64,000 bases of DNA, taken from sequence record OM718002.1. One strand, written 5' to 3'. The position numbers were made by a program, and so were the translations under genes. This document shows positions 27,251 to 35,699 of the stretch, one piece after another. Position 1 is the first letter of the stretch. Every line of letters starts with the position of its first letter. The notes beneath the pieces were generated by a model. It worked only from the letters and a program-made list of their open reading frames with translations. It had not been told where the DNA came from and searched no databases.

Positions 27251-27344
27251 TAATCATTAAAACATGCAATCGATGATAAACTCCGGTATTTGGAAGGATA
27301 CCGGAGTAATACAGCGAATATTTAAAGGTGCATGATTTTGATTA
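27251..27344 (+). other. extended intergenic stem-loop (terminator or structured leader)
   Basis: Inner ACTCCGGTAT/ATACCGGAGT stem enclosed by CATGCA/TGCATG and TAATCA/TGATTA pairings. Confidence 0.55.
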
Positions 27345-27380
27345 AGTATTTTAATCTTTACATAAATGAACAATTAGGAC

Positions 27381-28109
27381 ATGATAATGGACGTACGTTC
27401 TCTTCGACGGGATCCAGAACGGGTCCACAGTCATCTAACTGATTTAGAAGATAATTCAGTAGTAACTAATGCCCCATGTAAAATACAGATTCCAGAAAGA
27501 TTTACAGGAAGACATCTAGCTGTTATTGGTAGTGAAGTATTCACTATTGGTATATTTCCTATTATTTTTAATGATGAATATTACGCAGTAAATAATACTA
27601 TTGCAATGATGCGGATAAATCCAATCTCTACTGAACGCGTCCACATCAATGGTGAAGTTTATCTAGAATTTCATTTTGATAAAGGTAGTAAGATTTTCCA
27701 GAATACTTACTTAGTTGTTAATGATACATTAACTTACTATGTCTATGATGAGTTAATTAACAAAGGAAACTTCCCTTGGTATATTAACTATTATGACAAA
27801 GCCAAATTATTTGAGACAGCTAATTTACACGCTGGTGTTAACCTTGGTGGATGGCCTACATTACAACTTATTATTTCAACCACTCAGCGTGCCTCGGATG
27901 ATATATCACAACTATATCGACATGTGTTAACTAGACACAGTGATATCGTGGATAATCCACCAGTCGACGTACCATTCCGTTCAGTTATCTGGAATACTTC
28001 AGACACAACATCAAAACTCAATGGGGCTTATTTTGATCAAGGTATCACATCAGCACTTGTTAACCCATCTGAGTCAGTAGAGCTTATTGAAGAACTCCTC
28101 AGGACCTAA
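27381..28109 (+). CDS. gp176: virion protein, likely small vRNAP-associated subunit (phiKZ gp176-like)
   Basis: 242 aa; synteny directly upstream of the prohead protease; vRNAP role recalled from work on SPN3US homologues. Confidence 0.7.
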   Translation: MIMDVRSLRRDPERVHSHLTDLEDNSVVTNAPCKIQIPERFTGRHLAVIGSEVFTIGIFPIIFNDEYYAVNNTIAMMRINPISTERVHINGEVYLEFHFDKGSKIFQNTYLVVNDTLTYYVYDELINKGNFPWYINYYDKAKLFETANLHAGVNLGGWPTLQLIISTTQRASDDISQLYRHVLTRHSDIVDNPPVDVPFRSVIWNTSDTTSKLNGAYFDQGITSALVNPSESVELIEELLRT

Positions 28110-28120
28110 GGAGTTGCGTT

Positions 28121-28933
28121 ATGCAACCATATTCTAATTTTTCTGGTTTGCAACAGCGTACTAATAACCAAGTAGTTATCGGCAGTGATATGTTAGCCGG
28201 TACTAATAAAAAAGGTGTATTAGTACCTGATGCGGATGGTTACTATCTAACTCCACTAGGAGCTTATGGTACCCGAAATTCAGCTGGTATGTTCTATGAA
28301 ATGGCATCCGGCGTATCTATGTTTAATCCAGACTCACCTTTAATGCGCCGTGTTAAAAAGGGTGTTCTATTCATGGAATACAAACACCCTGAACCCTATC
28401 GTAAAGATGGCACACGGATGAATGAACATGAGTACCTAATGCGAATTCGTCAAATCGATGATGATCGTGTGTGTGCGCATATTAAGGAACTTATTCTGGT
28501 TGATTCTACAGATGAGAAAGGTCTTCCTATTAAACTAGTACTTGGCAAATGCAAACCATACGGTCCTTTTGGTAAGTACTTCGAAGCATCTATTACCAAT
28601 CCTTCTCAGAATACTTATTGCTCGGTAAGGTCAATAACTCAAGATGATCCTATGCGCGGTATCAAATATACCCGTGAGATTTCAACTTGGGATATGGTTG
28701 GGGAAGGTGGTATTTACGGTGCTAATAAATGGAATTCCCCTGCATTAGAGAACTATGAAGATCAATTAATGGTTATCACGCCTGATACTCTATATCAGGT
28801 ACAGCGTGAACGTGAACGTCAAATTAACATGGGTTTTGAATGTTCTGATATCACCAATGTGACAGATCTAGCGAAAAGTCTTGGCTGGGATATTTCACCA
28901 GTTAAACATAGGCGCCCTGGCTTCATGCGTTAA
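28121..28933 (+). CDS. gp175: prohead (head maturation) serine protease
   Basis: 270 aa; herpes/T4 gp21-like catalytic motifs EYKHP, CSVRSIT, TWDMVGEGG. Confidence 0.9.
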   Translation: MQPYSNFSGLQQRTNNQVVIGSDMLAGTNKKGVLVPDADGYYLTPLGAYGTRNSAGMFYEMASGVSMFNPDSPLMRRVKKGVLFMEYKHPEPYRKDGTRMNEHEYLMRIRQIDDDRVCAHIKELILVDSTDEKGLPIKLVLGKCKPYGPFGKYFEASITNPSQNTYCSVRSITQDDPMRGIKYTREISTWDMVGEGGIYGANKWNSPALENYEDQLMVITPDTLYQVQRERERQINMGFECSDITNVTDLAKSLGWDISPVKHRRPGFMR

Positions 28934-28948
28934 AAATAAAAAAAAAGA

Positions 28949-28980
28949 CATAATGCCCTCCCGTAATGGGAGGGCTTATG
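28949..28980. terminator. bidirectional palindromic terminator (family A)
   Basis: CATAAT-GCCCTCCC-gtaat-GGGAGGGC-TTATG between convergent gp175 and gp174. Confidence 0.85.
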
Positions 28981-28983
28981 CTG

Positions 28984-30120
<1,137 letters not shown>

Positions 30121-30131
30121 ATTAAAAACTA

Positions 30132-31058
30132 CTATTTTTTATAAGCAATAAATTTTCCAATATGCTTGAATCCCTTACAACTAATAGTAACTTTAATCGG
30201 ATATTTAGCCTTCATTACATAAATTAACCTGGACATATTAAACGGCGCATAAAGTATAAAATCATTATCTACCATTTCTTTATGGAATGCATTAATCTTA
30301 TCTTGGACTAGTTTAATATAATCCTCATCATTAATAATACTTTGTTTATCTGAAATAACAATCTTATCTACAGTATCGCCTTCAGCACATAGTCTTTCAT
30401 ATACCTCAGTACGGATAAATGTATTAACTGCGATATATGTATTTTCTGTTACTTGTGTAGCTTGTGCACTATAAATATCACTAATACAGTAATTAGGTTT
30501 ATATGGACCAAATGGATCAATAATATCTTTAATAGATACACTCTTTTTTGGTAGAACATGGGGTGTTTCTAAAAATGAAACACTGTCATGTGCATCAATA
30601 TCTAAATACTTATTGACTAGTGGGGCAACGCGGTTGAATGCCTCTTCATAGATAGCATACATGTAGCCACGGTAATCTGGTAAAGACGCATAATAATTAC
30701 GCTGAACAACAGTCTCGCAACTACTAACATAATTATAAAAAATATCTGCGTGCCTTAAAACATTATTAAATTCATCTACGCCTAGAATTGAACTAATCCA
30801 ACTAACATCATTATCGTGGATAAATATAGCTAAACGAAGGTTTTGCCGTTTTGGATTAGTTTCATCTTGGAATGGATATGTTGTATATAGCTCAGTGATA
30901 GCTTGTTTAACTACATCAGGTGATTCATTGAAAAATTCTTTTGAGAATTGATCAATTGACATATTTTGTCTTTGCTGATATAGTTCATTAATACGTGCTT
31001 CTACTTGCACAAGGAAGTTAATCTTTTTACTGATTTTAAGGCTATGTTCAGTATGCAT
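30132..31058 (-). CDS. hypothetical protein (about 308 aa)
   Basis: Long ORF; likely start MHTEH just after upstream stop. Confidence 0.8.
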   Translation of the reverse strand: MHTEHSLKISKKINFLVQVEARINELYQQRQNMSIDQFSKEFFNESPDVVKQAITELYTTYPFQDETNPKRQNLRLAIFIHDNDVSWISSILGVDEFNNVLRHADIFYNYVSSCETVVQRNYYASLPDYRGYMYAIYEEAFNRVAPLVNKYLDIDAHDSVSFLETPHVLPKKSVSIKDIIDPFGPYKPNYCISDIYSAQATQVTENTYIAVNTFIRTEVYERLCAEGDTVDKIVISDKQSIINDEDYIKLVQDKINAFHKEMVDNDFILYAPFNMSRLIYVMKAKYPIKVTISCKGFKHIGKFIAYKK

Positions 31059-31062
31059 TAAG

Positions 31063-31503
31063 TTATCTCTGTTTGATTGATTTAATAACATCACAAACAA
31101 TTTCAAACCATTCTTTTTCTTGAATGGTTAGGTTTGCTCCTGATAAAACTAATGGACCAAAACTTTTTGCTTTAAATAAAACGAATGGTCGACTATTAAG
31201 ATTTAATAATAGGGTATCACGAAGGATATTGGTAAGTCCATCTACGTATTGATACTTTAAACCATAGTCTAATTTATAATGGGAATTAACCTCTGGTTGA
31301 AGAAAAGCCTTTTCTTTTTTACCAGTGATGAGATACATCCGAAGACCTTTGAATGAAAAGAAATTCTCATTATCAAGTGTGGTCTTCTTCTCTTTTCCAT
31401 TAAACTGAAATAGATCAGGAAGCGGTGTATTACCGCTCTGATCTACAATGATGCTATCTACAGGATAATTATTTTGTACCCATGGGGTTTCTGGATTATT
31501 CAT
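31063..31503 (-). CDS. hypothetical protein (about 146 aa)
   Basis: Likely start MNNPE overlapping upstream stop (ATGAATAA). Confidence 0.75.
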   Translation of the reverse strand: MNNPETPWVQNNYPVDSIIVDQSGNTPLPDLFQFNGKEKKTTLDNENFFSFKGLRMYLITGKKEKAFLQPEVNSHYKLDYGLKYQYVDGLTNILRDTLLLNLNSRPFVLFKAKSFGPLVLSGANLTIQEKEWFEIVCDVIKSIKQR

Positions 31504-32257
31504 TTGAATTAGGCTCCACCCAATGAGGATCAGGTACAGGAACAATATGCACACTGTCCTCTAGTTTATCTCGAAGATTAGGATCATCAGTCCATTGTAG
31601 AGAAAGAGTGTATCTCTCCTCTTTAGGCCGTAGTAGTAGGAATCCACGTCTTAATGTATTCCAAGACATATTGGGCGATAGTAAACCACGCCTTTGTGTA
31701 TTAGCCAATGAGGTAAGTTTCTTTTTATCCAATCCTACAAGGTTGACTGGATTATTTAAAAACTCTTCCCATAGCTTATCCCACTTCTCCTGGTTAATTC
31801 CTTCTTTCCAGAGAATATGCCTATACAGATGGGCCATTGTAGTTGTAGCTGGTTTTTGATTCTTAAAAATTTCACATTCTTCATAGGGGAAATCATTTGC
31901 AGAGCAAGTTACCTCATCTTCAGTTGGATCGATATTGATCGTATAAACTGAATCAGGTTTTGATGTACCCCAAATCAGACGTACCTCTAATGTTGCTTTA
32001 ACAGGTGATAAGAAATCAATAGCTTTCTTAAAGCCATCCCAACTCATTGTATCAGCTTTAAGTGCTTTATTAAGATTACCTTTATCTGGGTTATTCTTGT
32101 TATGTGGTTTTTGAAAGTATGCATTCAAACGTTTATCCCAAGCAAACTGTGTCATATTACGCCACAGTAGTACTTCCCGGAAAACATAACACAAAACCCC
32201 TTCTGCCTGCCTTAATCCTTTTTGAGGATCGCTTAATAAGTCTTTTACAGATTCCAT
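31496..32257 (-). CDS. hypothetical protein made of two tandem homologous domains
   Basis: 253 aa; internal duplication (WDK...MSW...L.P...W twice). Confidence 0.85.
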   Translation of the reverse strand: MESVKDLLSDPQKGLRQAEGVLCYVFREVLLWRNMTQFAWDKRLNAYFQKPHNKNNPDKGNLNKALKADTMSWDGFKKAIDFLSPVKATLEVRLIWGTSKPDSVYTINIDPTEDEVTCSANDFPYEECEIFKNQKPATTTMAHLYRHILWKEGINQEKWDKLWEEFLNNPVNLVGLDKKKLTSLANTQRRGLLSPNMSWNTLRRGFLLLRPKEERYTLSLQWTDDPNLRDKLEDSVHIVPVPDPHWVEPNSNE

Positions 32258-32327
32258 CTTTTTTACACCTACGGTGAATTGATAATAAACACACTTTATA
32301 TTAATTTATACTTGTATAGTCTGCACC

Positions 32328-32852
32328 TCATAGTAACTTAATAATTGCTCTTGATAGTTCAATAATATCATAGTACATTCTATCCATCTGGCGCTGATAT
32401 GCTTGATGGTTAATCTGTTCAAGATATTCAGTTTGTTGCCAAATTAAGTCACGCATAGTTTCAATAGATTTACATACATCAATAAAACTATCATTACTGT
32501 TTATAAAATATTCATCAAGGTCAATTGATTTCCTGTCGATAAACTCAGTACGACACATTTCACTAATCTTTAGATCATCTTCATTTGCAATATGATCATT
32601 TAACCTAGTTAGAGCATCTAATAAATAACCAATACTGTAATGTCTTAGATAGACAGGAACACCTATCATCTTCCTGATGGTCAGAGTTTTTAATTCATCC
32701 AGATTAATTAATTGCCAGAAATTATTAATAGCTTTTAATCGTTCTTCACCTGAAATAATATCTTTATCTATCCGTTCTAATTCAGTTAGAAGTTGTTCTT
32801 TACCAACTTCCTTTTGGAAGCCCCGGAAATATTGAATAAGTTTCTTAAACAT
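32328..32852 (-). CDS. hypothetical protein (174 aa)
   Basis: ORF divergent from 32932(+). Confidence 0.8.
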   Translation of the reverse strand: MFKKLIQYFRGFQKEVGKEQLLTELERIDKDIISGEERLKAINNFWQLINLDELKTLTIRKMIGVPVYLRHYSIGYLLDALTRLNDHIANEDDLKISEMCRTEFIDRKSIDLDEYFINSNDSFIDVCKSIETMRDLIWQQTEYLEQINHQAYQRQMDRMYYDIIELSRAIIKLL

Positions 32853-32931
32853 GATATAGGACCTATTTTTCAGATACTTAGCATATGGTAAGTATGTTAG
32901 GTATTACTATTACTAATTAGAGGATAATAAA

Positions 32932-33447
32932 ATGTTCCATGGTGCAGATTTATCTGATGAGCCTTTAGAAAAGAAATCATCAACTACAGAAGAAAAGGTA
33001 TATGCTGATCTAGAATATGAGCAGCAGATACGGTATACACAATCAGTTAAAGAGAAAGTACTAAAAGCTGTATTAGAAAATACAACTGGTAAAGTACCTA
33101 CTGATAAAGAATCAGTTGATATGATTCTTAAATTAACAGATTCAATGGATAAGACAACAATTGCTAACCGTCGTATTCAAGTTGATTCTGAGGGTGCACG
33201 CTCTAACCGTGAACTTGCTGAAGGCTTTGCTGAATTCGTTAAGATGCAAATGAACCGTAATCCATTAATACGTGATCCGAATGATGTCCCTGCAACACCA
33301 CGTGAGATTCCAGATATTCCTGATGAGGAATTTGAGAATTACACTATTGAAGAAGGTGAAACTGAAATCGGTATCATCATGGAGGAATCCAATGCATTTA
33401 TGGAGCGGATGGATGCTGCACGAGAAAAAGAATTAGAAAACGATTGA
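32932..33447 (+). CDS. hypothetical acidic protein (171 aa)
   Basis: AGAGGA RBS; followed by a family A hairpin. Confidence 0.85.
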   Translation: MFHGADLSDEPLEKKSSTTEEKVYADLEYEQQIRYTQSVKEKVLKAVLENTTGKVPTDKESVDMILKLTDSMDKTTIANRRIQVDSEGARSNRELAEGFAEFVKMQMNRNPLIRDPNDVPATPREIPDIPDEEFENYTIEEGETEIGIIMEESNAFMERMDAAREKELEND

Positions 33448-33456
33448 TATTAACGA

Positions 33457-33489
33457 CATATAGCCCTCCCGTAATGGGAGGGCGTTATG
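33457..33489. terminator. bidirectional palindromic terminator (family A)
   Basis: CATATA-GCCCTCCC-gtaat-GGGAGGGC-GTTATG at a convergent junction. Confidence 0.85.
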
Positions 33490-33492
33490 CAC

Positions 33493-34191
33493 TTAATACA
33501 AATCGATATCTAATACATCACCAACTGTATTTACGATTACTTCAACAGGTGGTAGCTCAATATTACCAATTGATTTCTTAATAACATTCATTTGGTTAAT
33601 AACTTGATTATGATCAGATGTTACTTTAAGAGCTAATAGTCCAATAGCAGTTAAACTTACGATTGCAGTTGAGTTATCTGAAATAGTTTCATATGCAGCT
33701 TTACCTACTTTCTTAATAGTTTTAAATAGAGTAGGTTTATTTTGACGAATTAGTTTTCGTTCTTTTGCTTTAGCTAGCTCATCATCAAATTCTTTATTAA
33801 AGCTACGGCGTTTACTCCAATCATAAACACCTGGTGAAACTTCTTCAAAATTGGAAGAGATTGCACCAAAATCACTAGCATGGCTAAACATCCATTTAAA
33901 GATAAAGCGATTAGAAAGAACCCACGCCTGTAGATTAGTTTCTGCATCGTTGATTAGTTTAATAGCATCGCTTCCAGTAGCCACTTGGCCATTAGCTTTA
34001 ACAAATAAAATCAGTCTTACAGTAGTACCATTGATTACTGTGTTATTCACATTTGCAATCCTGGTATAAATTTCTTTAATAATTCGCTTTTGTTTATCTA
34101 AATCAGCACCATTTAAACGAATATTAAATTGACGGTCTAATACGGCCATTGCAGTTTCCTCTAGGGTTATTGTACCTAAAGTATACTGCAT
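33493..34191 (-). CDS. early protein with C-proximal membrane anchor (232 aa)
   Basis: Hydrophobic TAIVSLTAIGLLAL segment; third gene of early operon. Confidence 0.8.
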   Translation of the reverse strand: MQYTLGTITLEETAMAVLDRQFNIRLNGADLDKQKRIIKEIYTRIANVNNTVINGTTVRLILFVKANGQVATGSDAIKLINDAETNLQAWVLSNRFIFKWMFSHASDFGAISSNFEEVSPGVYDWSKRRSFNKEFDDELAKAKERKLIRQNKPTLFKTIKKVGKAAYETISDNSTAIVSLTAIGLLALKVTSDHNQVINQMNVIKKSIGNIELPPVEVIVNTVGDVLDIDLY

Positions 34192-34198
34192 GACCGTA

Positions 34199-34627
34199 TT
34201 ATTTTAATTTTTTACATGCTTTATAAAACCGTGTACCAACGTACAAAATAAACCCGCCAATAACAGCAACTGATGTGATTGTTTCCAGCGGCATGCGCTT
34301 AGCGGGTTCTTCAATTGGTACTGTAACAGCTGGTAATTCAATTCTTTTCTCAATAACTTTTTTACCAGTTAACTTATAATAAACATCTGGTTCTAATGTT
34401 ATCGATTCAAGAATCTGATTACTACATGGATAGCGTGTGACGCCTCCATGTCCATCTGCAACATAGAAGCTGAATGTATCGCCTACACGATGTAAGTCAA
34501 CCACACTACCCATATATGTCATATGAGCTGGATAGAGTTCTGCCTTGACCTTTCCATCGTTGAATAAGTCAATGACGGAACTCTTCTTTAGCTCACCCAT
34601 TAAGTTTGCTAAAGTGAATGCCGCCAT
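34199..34627 (-). CDS. early tail-anchored membrane protein (142 aa)
   Basis: C-terminal TM ITSVAVIGGFILYVG followed by a basic tail RFYKACKKLK. Confidence 0.8.
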   Translation of the reverse strand: MAAFTLANLMGELKKSSVIDLFNDGKVKAELYPAHMTYMGSVVDLHRVGDTFSFYVADGHGGVTRYPCSNQILESITLEPDVYYKLTGKKVIEKRIELPAVTVPIEEPAKRMPLETITSVAVIGGFILYVGTRFYKACKKLK

Positions 34628-34645
34628 TAGCGATAACCCTATTAT

Positions 34646-34852
34646 TTAATCGACTTGTTGAGCACTATCATCAATATCGATTTTATCTAGCTCATCAGTT
34701 AGAATATCTACTTCACTGTCTAGTACCGTATCATCATCAGCTACGGTGTCATCAATAACGGTTGATTTAGAAACGGCCTTATATAGATTAATAGCGGCAA
34801 CAGCGAGGGCACCAGTTGAGATAATTGCAGCTGCGATCTTTAGTACTTTCAT
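34646..34852 (-). CDS. early small membrane protein with acidic tail (68 aa)
   Basis: N-terminal TM IAAAIISTGALAVAAINLY, Asp-rich C-terminus; AGGAA RBS. Confidence 0.8.
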   Translation of the reverse strand: MKVLKIAAAIISTGALAVAAINLYKAVSKSTVIDDTVADDDTVLDSEVDILTDELDKIDIDDSAQQVD

Positions 34853-34907
34853 TTTCTATTTTCCTAATCATTAAGTTTTAATAAGTATCCAATATAGATA
34901 CATGTCT

Positions 34908-34932
34908 GTAATATAGATCTTAAACTTTTTTT
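34908..34932 (-). promoter_or_regulatory. phiKZ-type early promoter
   Basis: Minus strand AAAAAAAGTTTAAGATC-TATATTAC. Confidence 0.85.
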
Positions 34933-34961
34933 AGTGTAATAAAAAAATTAATGCGATATAA

Positions 34962-34983
34962 ACCCCCTCCCGAAGGAGAGGGT
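34962..34983 (-). terminator. intrinsic terminator, UUCG loop (family B)
   Basis: Minus strand ACCCTCTCC-TTCG-GGAGGGGGT-TTATAT. Confidence 0.85.
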
Positions 34984-34993
34984 AATATGTATA

Positions 34994-35389
34994 TCAGTAT
35001 TCCATCGAAGTTAATACTCGATAATGATCTAATAGTAAATCAATAACAGAGTAAAAAGAATCACAGTTGAATTGCGTATCTATATTTGCAGATACTCCAG
35101 TAATACGATTGATAATATGGAGACACTTAATATCTCCACCACGTTGTCTGATAAAAACAACTGCCCACACTGGCCACGTACTATCTGGTGTGGTGTCTTG
35201 AATAACTAATCTGTAATACCCATCATTTACTGTTTCAATGGATGCTTGGATTGGATCATCTGTATAAGCCGATTCTACTTGAACATATTGATCATTATAA
35301 TAAAACATTTCCTTAATAAGTTTAGCACAGGCATGTAATGTCTCCATTACCTTAGCTGAACTATTTGGATTATATTGTTGATTAAACAT
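34994..35389 (-). CDS. hypothetical early protein (131 aa), monocistronic
   Basis: AGAGG RBS; flanked by its own early promoter and terminator. Confidence 0.85.
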   Translation of the reverse strand: MFNQQYNPNSSAKVMETLHACAKLIKEMFYYNDQYVQVESAYTDDPIQASIETVNDGYYRLVIQDTTPDSTWPVWAVVFIRQRGGDIKCLHIINRITGVSANIDTQFNCDSFYSVIDLLLDHYRVLTSMEY

Positions 35390-35423
35390 GTCATTAACCT
35401 CTTAAGATATTGTATGCATAGTA

Positions 35424-35448
35424 GTAATATATATCTTAATTATTTTTT
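35424..35448 (-). promoter_or_regulatory. phiKZ-type early promoter
   Basis: Minus strand AAAAAATAATTAAGATA-TATATTAC. Confidence 0.85.
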
Positions 35449-35480
35449 AGTGTAGTTGTGAAAACTTAGAGGAATATACG

Positions 35481-35657
35481 ATGCCTAGTAAAAGTAAAAA
35501 ACAACATAACTTCATGGCTGCTGTAGCCAATGATAAGAAGTTTGCTAAGAAAGTTGGTGTACCACAATCAGTTGGTAAAGACTTTGTTGAGGCTGATAAA
35601 AATAAAAAGAGTTTTGAAAGTGTTTCACTTAATAGCACTTATAAAGATAGTTACTAA
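35481..35657 (+). CDS. small basic protein (58 aa), not in ORF track
   Basis: AGAGGA RBS; MPSKSKKQHNFMAAVANDKKFAKKVGVPQSVGKDFVEADKNKKSFESVSLNSTYKDSY*; stop immediately followed by a family A hairpin. Confidence 0.8.
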   Translation: MPSKSKKQHNFMAAVANDKKFAKKVGVPQSVGKDFVEADKNKKSFESVSLNSTYKDSY

Positions 35658-35689
35658 TATAATGCCCTCCCATTGCGGGAGGGCTTATG
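35658..35689. terminator. bidirectional palindromic terminator (family A)
   Basis: TATAAT-GCCCTCCC-attgc-GGGAGGGC-TTATG; reverse complement of the 574-605 copy except one base. Confidence 0.85.
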
Positions 35690-35699
35690 TTGCTTATAA

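Noticed and set aside
32880-32900. TATG motifs (CATATG, AGTATG) as late promoters in the divergent gap
   Set aside because: Plausible, but a 4-bp motif in AT-rich DNA cannot be called from sequence alone without TSS data
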